From Pelotomaculum sp. DTU098 (GTDB lineage: Bacteria > Bacillota > Desulfotomaculia > Desulfotomaculales > Pelotomaculaceae): 64,000 bases of DNA. The stretch covers positions 747-64,746 of the forward strand of contig LFSA01000061.1 in the NCBI GenBank assembly GCA_001512635.1. Direction: 5' to 3'. Below the pieces are notes generated by a model, which saw only the letters and a program-made list of their open reading frames with translations, was not told where the DNA came from and searched no databases. A program made the position numbers and the translations under genes. Shown one piece after another: positions 38,843 through 48,721 of this stretch. Each line of letters opens with the position of its first letter. The stretch's first letter is position 1.

Positions 38843-40372
38843 ATGTCTGGGAAAGCCGCACGGGTAATAACCAGCATCATCTTAGCTGCAGCTGTTATTG
38901 CGCTTATGTTCTTTTTAACTTCTGGCTTCTTTTCTTCTGCATCGGAAAAGGTCCTGCCCGGTGTTGAAGTACTGGGTGTCAAACTGGGCGGGCTGAACAG
39001 GGAGGAAGGTACTGAAAAACTCCTGGAGTTGGAAAAGAATCTCCGGGGAACAAGGGTCACTCTACGTTATGAAGACAAGAGCTGGCAACTCCTCTTAGAT
39101 GAAACGGGTTTTGATCTGAAAGAAAATGTTATGATGGATGCCGCCTTGATTGCAGGCAGGCAAGGTTCCTTGTATCAGCGCTGGCAGGAAAGGAGAATGC
39201 TTAACAGGGCTGGGCTCTCCCTGCTGCCCGCAATAGAATTTGACAGGGACAAACTGGCGCAGCGGGTAAGAGAGCTGTGCGCAGATATACTCGTTGAGCC
39301 CAGGGACGCTGCCTTTTCCATCAACCGGGACGATACAGTTACGATTATTTCCGGTAAGGATGGAGTGGATGTGGATTTTGACCTGCTGGAGAAGGATCTG
39401 GTGGCAACACTTAGCAGCGGCAAAAACCCGGAGGTGACTCTGTTTACAGTAACCCGGGCCCCTGCCAGGACCGCTGCTTTCCTGGAATCTATGAACGTTA
39501 AAGGATTACTTGGCAGTTATACAACAAGATTTGATCCCAGCATGACCAGCAGGACATACAACGTCAGCGTAGCAGCGAAGGCCTTCGATGAAATGCTGGT
39601 TTTGCCCGGACACGAGGTTTCTTTCAATAAAGTGGTGGGTCCCCGCAGCTCCGAGGCAGGCTATAAAAACGCACCCGTGATTGTAAACAACGAGTTTGTT
39701 GACGGCCTGGGGGGAGGCGTCTGCCAGGTCTCCACAACCCTGTATAATGCAGTTCTTCTGGCAAACCTGGATATTGTGAAAAGGACTTGCCATTCCTTAC
39801 CCGTCAGCTATGTTCCCATCGGACGTGACGCCACAGTGGTTTACGACACAGTTGACCTGGTCTTCCGCAACAATACGGACAGTTACCTGTACCTGAAAAC
39901 CTACATAGGCAGTGGGCAGTTGACGGTAAAAATTTACGGCAACACAGATTATAAAAGGGATGTCACCATCAATACCAGGATCACGCAAGAAATAGAACCT
40001 CAGATTATTTATGAAACTGACCCGAATCTTCCCCTCGGTGAAGAGGTGGTTAAACAGGAGGGTTCGAAGGGATTCAGGGTAGCCGCAGAGAGGATTGTCA
40101 AGAAGAACGGCGTGGTGGAAAAGAAGGAAGCCCTTCCATCCAGTTACTACAGTCCGGTGAATAAAATAATTGCCGTGGGTTCCATGGAGCAGGAACTGCC
40201 CCAAATTGCGCCTTCCACGCCTGCTTCGGAAACATTTGAGCCGGTTACTCATTCCCCGGGAAATCAGGGCGAGCCCCCCGGTCCTGAACAAGACGAACTA
40301 CCTGCCGGTTCCGTTACGGACAATGGCAGCGGGTTTTCAACGCGCGGCATTTACAGGCAGCAGCGTCAATAA
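38843..40372 (+). CDS. VanW family protein with G5 domain
   Basis: N-terminal TM. The VanW core shows R.TN...A...I...V..PG..FSFN...G and GGG.CQ.STTLYNA, then a G5 domain (Y..DP.LP.GEE.V.QEG..G). Start ATG 38843, or GTG 38834. Confidence 0.85.
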   Translation: MSGKAARVITSIILAAAVIALMFFLTSGFFSSASEKVLPGVEVLGVKLGGLNREEGTEKLLELEKNLRGTRVTLRYEDKSWQLLLDETGFDLKENVMMDAALIAGRQGSLYQRWQERRMLNRAGLSLLPAIEFDRDKLAQRVRELCADILVEPRDAAFSINRDDTVTIISGKDGVDVDFDLLEKDLVATLSSGKNPEVTLFTVTRAPARTAAFLESMNVKGLLGSYTTRFDPSMTSRTYNVSVAAKAFDEMLVLPGHEVSFNKVVGPRSSEAGYKNAPVIVNNEFVDGLGGGVCQVSTTLYNAVLLANLDIVKRTCHSLPVSYVPIGRDATVVYDTVDLVFRNNTDSYLYLKTYIGSGQLTVKIYGNTDYKRDVTINTRITQEIEPQIIYETDPNLPLGEEVVKQEGSKGFRVAAERIVKKNGVVEKKEALPSSYYSPVNKIIAVGSMEQELPQIAPSTPASETFEPVTHSPGNQGEPPGPEQDELPAGSVTDNGSGFSTRGIYRQQRQ

Positions 40373-40553
40373 TAACACAGGTTTACATCTTTCCGGCAGC
40401 AATTATTACGTGTATTACGTGCCGGACAGCAACTAAGCTACGGGAGAGATAGGCTTTGATTGGAGGAAACTACAGGGCGGGGAGAGGGTTGCCGGCCTCT
40501 AGAATTCCAGCAGGTGCGCAGCACACCCCTCCTGGCCCTTATTCAAATGTGCC

Positions 40554-41609
40554 ATGAGTTTTTCTTTTAATCAAAAAAACCGGGGGTGGCGGGCTGTAAA
40601 ACAACCTGCACGGCACCTTTATGTTATATTAACTATACTGGGACTTGCTTGCCTGGGGGCGCTCTCTGTTCTTACAGCTCTTTCCCCGGTTTCACCAAAA
40701 AACAAGGCCAGAGACATCGTGGTGGTTGTTCCCCAAGAGTCCACCGCCACCCAGGTAGGCCAAATCCTAAAGGACCATGAATTGATCCGCAGTCCCTTTA
40801 TATTTGTCCTTTATGCCAGGTGGAAAAACCTTGACGGCAGCCTTAAGGCAGGTGAATACCTGCTCAACAACGGGCTGTCCACCCCTGAAATAGTGAGTGA
40901 ACTGGTGGACGGGCGGCTTGCCTCTGAAACAATCACCATTCCGGAAGGCTATACCCTTGCCCAGGTTGCAGAGTTGCTGGAAACAAAGGGTTTGGCGAGC
41001 AAGGAAGAATTCTACGCTGTGGCCGCCCAGGAAGATTTCCCCTACAAGTTTTTAGAGGAAAGTCCCAAGGGAGAGAGGCGCCTGGAAGGCTATCTCTTCC
41101 CGGACACCTACCGGGTTACCAGGGGCAACAGTGTTCGCTCCCTTATTGATGAAATGCTGAAGCGCTTTGACCAGGAGATGGAAGACTTAGATTACCCTGC
41201 CAGGGCGCAAAAAGTAGGGCTAACCCTGCACGAAGCCGTTACCCTCGCCTCCCTGGTGGAACGGGAAGCCAAGATAGATGAAGAGAGGCCCCTCATCGCG
41301 GGAGTCATCCACAACCGCATGGAAAAATCCATGCTGCTTCAGATTGACGCCACCGTCCAGTACGCCCTGGGCACCAATAAGCCGCAAATATATTATAAGG
41401 ATCTGGAAGTGGATTCTCCCTACAACACATACAAAAACAGCGGGTTGCCGCCGGGACCCATTGCCATGCCGGGGCGTGCTTCCCTCCTGGCTGCTGTGGA
41501 ACCGGCTGAAACAGCTTACCTTTATTACGTGGCCAAGCCCGACGGTTCCCACGCCTTTGCCACGAACTATGCCGAGCATGAGGCCAACAAAGAGAGGTAT
41601 CAACAGTGA
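40554..41609 (+). CDS. mltG: Endolytic murein transglycosylase MltG (YceG)
   Basis: N-terminal TM and the motifs IPEG.T..Q.A..L, LEGYLFPDTY and ASLVE.EA, with a C-terminal YNTY...GLPPGPI..PG catalytic region. Confidence 0.92.
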   Translation: MSFSFNQKNRGWRAVKQPARHLYVILTILGLACLGALSVLTALSPVSPKNKARDIVVVVPQESTATQVGQILKDHELIRSPFIFVLYARWKNLDGSLKAGEYLLNNGLSTPEIVSELVDGRLASETITIPEGYTLAQVAELLETKGLASKEEFYAVAAQEDFPYKFLEESPKGERRLEGYLFPDTYRVTRGNSVRSLIDEMLKRFDQEMEDLDYPARAQKVGLTLHEAVTLASLVEREAKIDEERPLIAGVIHNRMEKSMLLQIDATVQYALGTNKPQIYYKDLEVDSPYNTYKNSGLPPGPIAMPGRASLLAAVEPAETAYLYYVAKPDGSHAFATNYAEHEANKERYQQ

Positions 41610-42820
41610 TTCCTGAACTACTGGCACCGGCGGGAAATCTGGAAAAATTAAAGGTTGCCGTGACCTACGGCGCCGATGCCGTCTACCTCGGTGGGCGGCA
41701 TTTCAGCCTGAGGGCCGGGGCCGGTAACTTTGACGAGCAAGAAATGGCCGAAGGGATCCGGTTTGCTCATCAAAAGGGCGCCCGGGTCTATGTGACAGTC
41801 AATATTTTTGCCCATAACAGGGACCTTGCGACCCTCCCGGAATACTTACACCGGATTTATTCATTAGGGGCGGACGGGGTTATCCTTTCCGACCCGGGGA
41901 TTATCGATCTGGTCAGGCAAATGTATCCGGAACTGCCCATCCACCTCAGCACCCAGGCCAATACCACAAACTGGGCCGCGGCGCGCTTCTGGAAGAAGTT
42001 TGGTGTCTCCAGGATTGTGCTGGCCCGGGAGCTCTCCCTGGAAGAAATCAGGGAAATAAAAGAGCGGGTGGAGCTGGATCTGGAGGTTTTCGTTCACGGC
42101 GCCATGTGTATTGCTTATTCCGGGCGCTGCCTCCTGAGCTCCTATCTTACCGGCCGGGACGCCAACCAGGGTGACTGCGCCCAGGCCTGCCGCTGGCGCT
42201 ACAGACTGGTTGAAGAAAAAAGACCCGGCCAGTACCTGCCCCTCGAGGAAGATGACCGGGGTTCGTATATTCTGGGCTCCCGGGATCTCTGCCTGATTGA
42301 GCATATTCCGGAACTGGTCCGGGCGGGCGTCAACAGTTTTAAGATCGAGGGAAGAATGAAAAGCGCCCATTATGTGGCTACAGTGGTCAAAGCCTACAGG
42401 GAAGCCCTGAACGCCTACCAGAAGGACCCGGACAATTACCGCCCCGACCCTGCCTGGCTTGAAGAGATCAGTAAGGTGAGCCACCGTGAATACACCAAAG
42501 GATTTCTTTTCGGCAACCCGGGCCCTTCCGGGCAGCACTACGCTGGTGAGATCTACAAGCGAAGTCACAGCTTTGCAGCAATCATCAGGGATTATGATGA
42601 GGTCTCCGGGATGGCCCTGGTGGAGCAGCGCAATAATTTTGCCCTGGGTGATGAGGTGGAAATACTGTTTCCAGCCGGCAAGAACTTCACCCAGAAGATT
42701 GAACATCTTTATGATGAGTGGGGCTGCCCCGTGGAGTCCGCACCGCATCCCCAGCAAATGCTCCGGCTACCCCTGGCAAAGCCTGCCCCTCCCTATTCCA
42801 TCCTCCGCAAAAAAGTATAA
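41606..42820 (+). CDS. Peptidase U32 family protein
   Basis: 404 aa with the motifs ELLAPAG, GADAVY.G, E.FVHGA.C..YSGRC.LS and FKIEGR. The start overlaps the mltG stop by 4 nt. Confidence 0.9.
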   Translation: MIPELLAPAGNLEKLKVAVTYGADAVYLGGRHFSLRAGAGNFDEQEMAEGIRFAHQKGARVYVTVNIFAHNRDLATLPEYLHRIYSLGADGVILSDPGIIDLVRQMYPELPIHLSTQANTTNWAAARFWKKFGVSRIVLARELSLEEIREIKERVELDLEVFVHGAMCIAYSGRCLLSSYLTGRDANQGDCAQACRWRYRLVEEKRPGQYLPLEEDDRGSYILGSRDLCLIEHIPELVRAGVNSFKIEGRMKSAHYVATVVKAYREALNAYQKDPDNYRPDPAWLEEISKVSHREYTKGFLFGNPGPSGQHYAGEIYKRSHSFAAIIRDYDEVSGMALVEQRNNFALGDEVEILFPAGKNFTQKIEHLYDEWGCPVESAPHPQQMLRLPLAKPAPPYSILRKKV

Positions 42821-42876
42821 AACTTTAGTTTTAAGGCCATCCTAAAAATATATGTCTTAATTCCGGGTTGATCCTA

Positions 42877-44580
42877 ATGGACTATTTAAGACAAAAAAGG
42901 TTGGTCTATCTTTTTTTTATTTTTTTTGCCTGCTTTCTGGGACTGGTATACCAGCTTTTTCTCATTCAGTACAGGGACGGGGATCTTTACGCCTGCCTGG
43001 CCCTGGAACAGAACAGCCGCTGGGTTTCCCTGGAGAATACACCCCGGGGCCGGATCCTGGACCGCAACAGGGTGCCCCTTACCGGTGAACGGACTGAGAT
43101 GAGGGTCGTATTGTTTCCGGCAGCTGTCGGGAATAGTGACGAGGTCAGCCGGGAACTGGCCGGGATCCTGGGGGTGGAAGAGGACAGGCTGAACAGCTTT
43201 TTTGACGGGGAACCCTGCCTGCTGCCCTATAAGCTCACTTCTGAAAAGGCCGCAGCCATTCAGAACAGAGGCTGGACCGGCGTAATGGCGCTCCCGGTGC
43301 AGTTACGCTACGGCGAACAGCAACTGGCAGCCCAGGTCATCGGACACCTGGGTAAAATCTCTTCCCCTGAGGAGTTCGCGGATTTATCCGGAAGGAATAA
43401 TAAAGTTTACCATTATGATGATCTGGTGGGCAAAACAGGGCTGGAAATGTACTATGAAGATGTCCTCAAAGGGTCCCTGCCCCGAAGGGCAGTGCGGGTG
43501 TACACTGATGCGGCAGGCAGGCTGCTGGGGGGGCCGGGGTTTATTGTCGAAGAGCATACAGAGGATCACGCCAGGTGTGATCTGGTCCTTACCATCGACG
43601 CCCGGATCCAGAAGATTGTCGAAGAAATAATGGACCAGCACGTACCCAGGGGGGCTGTGGTGGTCATGGAGGCCGGCTCGGGGGATATCCTGGCCATGGC
43701 CAGCCGGCCCAGTTACCATCCAGCTCGTCCGGAAGACTACCTGGACGCCGCAGGTGGGGAAAACTGTTTTCTCGACCACTGTACAGCCCTCTACCAGCCC
43801 GGCTCGGTATTTAAAGTTGTCATTGCCGCCGCCGCCCTGGAAGAGGGTGTAGCAGACCTTGCCAGCCAGTTTACCTGCCGTGGCGCAGGGGAAACGCTGC
43901 TGCGCTGCTGGAAGCCGGAAGGACACGGCACAATAAATTTTGCCCAGGCTTTTGCGGAATCCTGCAACCCCGTTTTCGCCAGGCTGGGTTTGCAACTGGG
44001 GGCACAGAAGGTAATTGACTACGCCGGGCTGTTTGGCCTGGACAACCAGTCCGTGGTGGGTTACCCGGTGCCAGGGGATCGCCGGCAGGATTTGAGACAG
44101 ATTGAGGCGCCCTATAACCTTGTAAACAGCTGCATCGGCCAGGGACCCGTGCTGGTTACACCGGTACAAGTTGCTTCGATGATCAACACGGTTGTTTCAG
44201 GCGGGTTCTACCGGCAGCCCCGCCTGGTGCAGGAAATATGTAAGAGCAGCGGGGATACCGTGCATATGCTGCCTTACGACCCGGGTCAAAGGGTTATTTC
44301 TTCAGAAACCGCCGCAAAGCTGTGCAAGCTGCTGGAAATGGCCGTGGAGGAGGGTACAGGGCAAGAGGCCCTGGTGCCTGTTTTCGGCAGTGCAGGAAAG
44401 ACCGGGACCGCCCAGGTCGGCGACAGCAGCCTATCTGTAAACGCCTGGTTTGCCGGGTACGCCCCCCGGGTCAATCCCCGCTATGTGGCGGTAGTCTTAA
44501 GCGAAGGGGAAGCCGGCGGCAGTACGGCAGCAGCGCCTGTTTTCAGGGAAGTCATGGAGGCTATCCTGGAGCTGGACTAA
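42877..44580 (+). CDS. Penicillin-binding protein 2-type transpeptidase (PbpI/SpoVD-like, no PASTA domain)
   Basis: N-terminal TM and PBP dimerisation domain. The transpeptidase motifs are SxxK (GSVFK), SxN (SCN) and KTG (GKTGTA). Start ATG 42877, or TTG 42868. Confidence 0.9.
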   Translation: MDYLRQKRLVYLFFIFFACFLGLVYQLFLIQYRDGDLYACLALEQNSRWVSLENTPRGRILDRNRVPLTGERTEMRVVLFPAAVGNSDEVSRELAGILGVEEDRLNSFFDGEPCLLPYKLTSEKAAAIQNRGWTGVMALPVQLRYGEQQLAAQVIGHLGKISSPEEFADLSGRNNKVYHYDDLVGKTGLEMYYEDVLKGSLPRRAVRVYTDAAGRLLGGPGFIVEEHTEDHARCDLVLTIDARIQKIVEEIMDQHVPRGAVVVMEAGSGDILAMASRPSYHPARPEDYLDAAGGENCFLDHCTALYQPGSVFKVVIAAAALEEGVADLASQFTCRGAGETLLRCWKPEGHGTINFAQAFAESCNPVFARLGLQLGAQKVIDYAGLFGLDNQSVVGYPVPGDRRQDLRQIEAPYNLVNSCIGQGPVLVTPVQVASMINTVVSGGFYRQPRLVQEICKSSGDTVHMLPYDPGQRVISSETAAKLCKLLEMAVEEGTGQEALVPVFGSAGKTGTAQVGDSSLSVNAWFAGYAPRVNPRYVAVVLSEGEAGGSTAAAPVFREVMEAILELD

Positions 44581-44678
44581 GCAAACATAACTTTGGAAGT
44601 TTATCCTGAAAAGACATTTACAACCTTCTGCTGGAGCCGCCTCAGAGACCATGGGCCAGGCTACCAGGTTACCGTAAG

Positions 44679-44702
44679 ATAAGTTGATAATTTGGTGTCA
44701 GG
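44679..44702 (-). repeat. 24-nt dispersed motif, copy B (inverted relative to copy A)
   Basis: The plus strand reads ATAAGTTGATAATTTGGTGTCAGG. Its reverse complement differs from 35767-35790 at one position. Confidence 0.8.
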
Positions 44703-44731
44703 AACCCGAAAATACGGCGGGCATGCCGGGT

Positions 44732-44764
44732 AAAAAAAAGATCCACCTGGTTTCAGGTGGATCT
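44732..44764 (-). terminator. Rho-independent terminator of the TRAP operon
   Basis: GATCCACCTG (44740-44749) pairs with CAGGTGGATC (44755-44764). The A8 run at 44732-44739 is a U-run on the minus strand. Confidence 0.85.
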
Positions 44765-44776
44765 GCCGTTCTTTGC

Positions 44777-46069
44777 TTAATCCATGAGAACCCTCGGAAT
44801 GTAGAGGGAGAGATCCGGAACGTAGACCAGTAACAATAAAACAAGAATCATAATCAGGATAAAGGGGAGAACCCCCTTGATTACTTCCTCCAGCCTGGAC
44901 TTGGCCATGGCGGTCACCACAAAGAGGTTCAGGCCCACGGGCGGCGTAATCATGGCCAGTTCCATGTTTACCGTCATAACAACGGCGAAGTGGATCAGGT
45001 CGATGCCGAGGACCTGGATCATGGGCAGCAGGATCGGCATGGTGATCAGGGTAATGGCGACAGCTTCCAGGAATGTGCCCATGATGAAGAACATCAGGTT
45101 GGTGGCCAGGAAAAACGCGTACTTGTTCAGGTTGCTTTCCCCGATCCAGCGGGCGGCCTCCATGGGCACCTGGTTCACCGTAAGGTACATGGAGAAAACC
45201 ATGGCTGCAGCAATGATCAGGAAGATCATGGAGGAGATGTCGATGGAATGGCGAAACACATCTCTCATGTCCCGCAACTTCAATTCCTTGTAAACAAACA
45301 TCGAAACTATAATAGTATAGAAAACGGAGAGCACGGCGGCCTCGGTGGGGGTGACGATACCCATGTAAATGCTGCCCAGGATGAAGACGGGCAGGAAGGC
45401 CCCCGGCAGGGCTTTCACGGTTTTGCGCAAACGCTCATCCCAGGATTCCTTGGGCAGGCGGCCGTAATTTTTCCTTTTGGCAATGATTACGGCGCTGGTA
45501 ATTAAAATAGAAGCCAGTAAAATGCCGGGGATAACACCGCCCATGAACAGCTTGCCGATATTTTCCTCGGTTACGACACCGTAGATAACCATGGTCACAC
45601 TGGGCGGGATGAGAATTCCCAGCGTACCGGCTGCGGCCACAAGTCCCATGGCGTAGCGCTTGGGGTAGCCCCCCTCGATCATGGCAGGCAGCATGATAGC
45701 GCCGATGGCGGCGGCTGTGGCCGGGCTGGAGCCGGAAATGGCCGCAAAAATCGCACAGGCCATAATGGTCACAACGGCCAGGCCGCCGGGCAGGTGCCCG
45801 AACCAGGCCCGCAGGGCTTCAATCAGGTACTTGGCAATGCCGCCCCGGGACATGGCCACACCTGCAAAGACAAAGGCAGGAATGGCTAGAAGGGGAGGCG
45901 ACAGCAGGGAGGCGAACATTCTCTGGACAATCATCAAGAGGCTGAAGTCACTGGTCGTGGCCAGAATAATAATGGCAGCTATAGCCAGAGAGATGGCGAT
46001 GGGGACGTTTAAAAGAAACAGAGCGATGAAAATACTAAAAAGCAGTACTGTCTCCACCGGTATGTCCAC
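44777..46069 (-). CDS. dctM: TRAP transporter large permease subunit (DctM family)
   Basis: 430 aa with about 12 TM helices and a DctM-type pattern (GG.AKYL, AISGSS.AT.AA.G). Confidence 0.9.
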   Translation of the reverse strand: MDIPVETVLLFSIFIALFLLNVPIAISLAIAAIIILATTSDFSLLMIVQRMFASLLSPPLLAIPAFVFAGVAMSRGGIAKYLIEALRAWFGHLPGGLAVVTIMACAIFAAISGSSPATAAAIGAIMLPAMIEGGYPKRYAMGLVAAAGTLGILIPPSVTMVIYGVVTEENIGKLFMGGVIPGILLASILITSAVIIAKRKNYGRLPKESWDERLRKTVKALPGAFLPVFILGSIYMGIVTPTEAAVLSVFYTIIVSMFVYKELKLRDMRDVFRHSIDISSMIFLIIAAAMVFSMYLTVNQVPMEAARWIGESNLNKYAFFLATNLMFFIMGTFLEAVAITLITMPILLPMIQVLGIDLIHFAVVMTVNMELAMITPPVGLNLFVVTAMAKSRLEEVIKGVLPFILIMILVLLLLVYVPDLSLYIPRVLMD

Positions 46070-46571
46070 CTCCTTTTTCCATTTCTTCCATCCAATCGCG
46101 ACCGCCGTTCTTCAGAATTTGATAGAGTTTCTCAATAAACCTGATGGCGAACATCAAGCCGCTGACAGGTAAGAACACGTTCACGATCCAGAGGGGAAAC
46201 TGGCTGTCAGCGGAGCGCTGACCCGAGTTCAGATAGAATTCAACCAATTGATAGCCGAAGTAAGTATAAAAAAAGCAGAAGGCAAGCCCCAGGGTGTTGG
46301 AGAAGATACTGACCGCCCACTTGACCCGCAGGGGCAGTATATTGTAAAGCATATCCACCCTGATGTGGTGATTGTCCCGCAGGGCCACGGCAAATCCCAG
46401 GAGAAGCCCCCAGATGATAAAATAAAGGGAAAATTCATCAAGCAAAGACTGGGGGCGGCCAAAGAAATAGCGCAAGACAACGTTCACCATAATCATAGTA
46501 AGTCCGATGAAGAGCAAGCTACCCGCCAGGTAATCTTCAAATGCCGCGTAGGCCCGCTTCAGACGTTCCAT
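46035..46571 (-). CDS. dctQ: TRAP transporter small permease subunit (DctQ family)
   Basis: 178 aa with 4 TM helices. It lies directly between dctP and dctM and overlaps the dctM start. Confidence 0.8.
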   Translation of the reverse strand: MERLKRAYAAFEDYLAGSLLFIGLTMIMVNVVLRYFFGRPQSLLDEFSLYFIIWGLLLGFAVALRDNHHIRVDMLYNILPLRVKWAVSIFSNTLGLAFCFFYTYFGYQLVEFYLNSGQRSADSQFPLWIVNVFLPVSGLMFAIRFIEKLYQILKNGGRDWMEEMEKGGGHTGGDSTAF

Positions 46572-46682
46572 ATGTTTTCCACCTTCCTAATCCATTGACA
46601 AATGTGGGCCCAATAAAGAAAAAGGGGACGTTCCGGCACACCCGGGAAAGACGCCCCCTGAAGTGTGTGCTTGTATGCTATT

Positions 46683-47705
46683 TTATTTATTGCAGCTTTT
46701 AGCTGCTTCGATATATTCTCTTCCAATTTTGTCGGTGTACTCGTCATAAACAGGCTGCATGGCTGCTACAAATTTCGCCCTGTCCTCTTCCGTCAGGGTA
46801 TAAATCTCCATTTTGCCGCTGGCCTTTAATTTTTCAAAGCTCTTCTGGTTTTCTTCTTCCGCCAGCTGGCGCTCATAGAGAGTGGCTTCCCTCATGGCTT
46901 CCTCGATAATTTGCTTGTTTTCCGGACTCAGGGAATTCCAGAAGGTAGTATTGGTGAGAACTACGTAATCCAGGCGCCCGTGGTTGGAAACCGTCATGTA
47001 TTTCTGAACGTCCTGGTAGTTCTGGGTATCGATATTATTAAAGGTATTTTCCTGCCCGTCTACGGTTTTGTTATTGAGGGCGGTGAAAACTTCCGCAAAG
47101 GCCAGGGTCTGGGAACCTGCTCCCAGGGCCCTGAACTGGGCGTCTAGAAGGCCGCCGCTCTGGGTCCGGAACTTTAAGCCGCGAAAATCTTCCGGGCTTC
47201 TCAGGGGCCGCTTGGAATTAGTGAATTGTTTGGCGCCGTTGGGCCACCATGCCAGGCCGAGCATGCCCTGGGGCTCAAGGGAACGCATCAGCTTTTGGCC
47301 AGCGGGACCATCGTAAAAATCATAGGCAGCCTGGTCGTCATTAAACAAGAAGGGCATGTCCACAATCTGGAAAGCCGGTTCAAAACCCACCAGTTTGGTA
47401 ACAGAAGGAGCGATAAACTGAACATTGTTGGCCATTAACTGTTCCAGTTCCTCTTTATCACCGTATAGCTGGGATGCCGGGAAAACAAGAACTTCAATTT
47501 TACCGTTGGACTTCTCTTCAACCAGTTCCTTAAACTTTAAGACAGCTTTCCCCTTTGGGGTGGATTCGGCCACAACATGCGTAAACCTAACTTTCAACAC
47601 ACCATCCCCGCCTGCGGACGATTCTTTTCCGCAGCCTGTCAGGGACATGATCATTAATCCGGCTAAAACAGCGCATAAAAACATTACCCAGTTTTTCTTT
47701 TTCAT
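46683..47705 (-). CDS. dctP: TRAP transporter substrate-binding lipoprotein (DctP family)
   Basis: 340 aa with a lipobox (LTGC) after the signal peptide and DctP motifs (KFKELVEEKSNGKI.V.VFP..QLYGD.E). Confidence 0.88.
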   Translation of the reverse strand: MKKKNWVMFLCAVLAGLMIMSLTGCGKESSAGGDGVLKVRFTHVVAESTPKGKAVLKFKELVEEKSNGKIEVLVFPASQLYGDKEELEQLMANNVQFIAPSVTKLVGFEPAFQIVDMPFLFNDDQAAYDFYDGPAGQKLMRSLEPQGMLGLAWWPNGAKQFTNSKRPLRSPEDFRGLKFRTQSGGLLDAQFRALGAGSQTLAFAEVFTALNNKTVDGQENTFNNIDTQNYQDVQKYMTVSNHGRLDYVVLTNTTFWNSLSPENKQIIEEAMREATLYERQLAEEENQKSFEKLKASGKMEIYTLTEEDRAKFVAAMQPVYDEYTDKIGREYIEAAKSCNK

Positions 47706-48194
47706 TTCCTGCCTCCTAGATAACTTACTGATTGGGGAAATAGGGGAAATAAAGAACGGTGTAGTATTTATCTAAATAAAAACAGGGTTTTTCAACTCAC
47801 CTCCCGGTCAATTCTTAATTTTCAGTAGAAACGATAAATATTTAATCATTACGGACTTTGCCTTTAAATTATAAATTACAAACACCATTTAAAATACCGT
47901 GGAAGGCAATTATTGATCATATATATCTTCAACATTACAAGACTAAATTAATAAGTATCTAAACTGTCTTAATTTTCATAATAATCAACATAAGCTATTA
48001 GGTGATTATTTTCTGTAAAGATTGTCTAATCTTGCTAAATAATACTATTATTCTATATTAGATTAGCAGTTACTTAGATATACACACTAATTATAATAAT
48101 ATTACTAACATAAAAAAACATTTTGTTCATAAAAATACAAAGCTTTTATAATTTTGTGTCAATTCTTTTAAAATTTTAAAGATTTAATAAAATA

Positions 48195-48219
48195 GCAACC
48201 CTATGTAAGGGTTGCTTTT
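48195..48219. terminator. Hairpin terminator inside the A+T-rich island (usable in either direction)
   Basis: GCAACCCT (48195-48202) pairs with AGGGTTGC (48208-48215). It is flanked by AAAATA on the 5' side and TTTT on the 3' side. Confidence 0.6.
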
Positions 48220-48274
48220 AAGAGTTACCATTTATTTATCAATTTTTCATTTATTTTGTGCTTTTTGTGCTTTA

Positions 48275-48463
48275 TTATAGTCTTGAAGTTTTGGCAGGAG
48301 GCAGTAAGAATGTGGGCGAGCAGTATGCCGTATAATAATGTACTGGGCGGGAATTGTTACTGGCGCTCTCATTCTTGGGTTTAAAATAAACATGGTAACA
48401 GGCAATAACGTACACACACAGGTAGGCAAGCATTGTACCTAAAAAGATTTCAAACCACACCAT
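48275..48463 (-). CDS. Hypothetical small membrane protein
   Basis: 62-aa ORF. A G7 SD-like run ends 7 nt before the ATG. One strongly hydrophobic N-terminal helix (VWFEIFLGTMLAYLCVYVIACY) precedes a polar tail. I recognised no family. Confidence 0.35.
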   Translation of the reverse strand: MVWFEIFLGTMLAYLCVYVIACYHVYFKPKNESASNNSRPVHYYTAYCSPTFLLPPAKTSRL

Positions 48464-48696
48464 TCATTTTCCCCCCCAAAATTAATTTGTATCCCCTAAT
48501 TACATTGTATACAATATGCAAAAAAATGCAAGCCCTTCAACAGATATTCGCAATTATTATTTAATTCAAAAAAAGATGCGAGATAGAATTAATCAATTAT
48601 GGTAGAAAACGGGCAGGTTAAAAAACTTCCCTGTTAATTTAATATATGCATTAAGCAGGCCGGGCGAACTAGCCACAGGCTTTAAGTTAATTAAAG

Positions 48697-48719
48697 GGGT
48701 CCACAATTCCAGTGGACCC
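48697..48719 (-). terminator. Hairpin directly downstream of the glutaredoxin-like gene
   Basis: GGGTCCAC (48697-48704) pairs with GTGGACCC (48712-48719). On the minus strand it is followed by CUUUAAUUAA. Confidence 0.55.
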
Positions 48720-48721
48720 TT

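Noticed and set aside
41864-42757. Long antisense ORFs: 297 aa here, plus 43384-44169 (261 aa), 61496-62224 (242 aa), 7958-8620 (220 aa), 33054-33674 (206 aa) and 44990-45505 (171 aa).
   Set aside because: Each lies entirely inside, and antisense to, a gene with strong family motifs (U32 peptidase, PBP, GT fusion, HD/secD, alaS, dctM). Their translations are low-complexity and Pro/Gly/Arg-rich with no SD. These are typical shadow ORFs of GC-rich coding sequence.
35767-44702. The two inverted 24-nt motifs as terminal inverted repeats of a transposon or an invertible segment.
   Set aside because: The 8.9 kb between them consists of conserved housekeeping genes in the ancestral Firmicute order (ireB, ruvX, DUF1292, mltG, U32, PBP). 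There is no transposase or recombinase. The motifs are better explained as copies of a small dispersed intergenic element.
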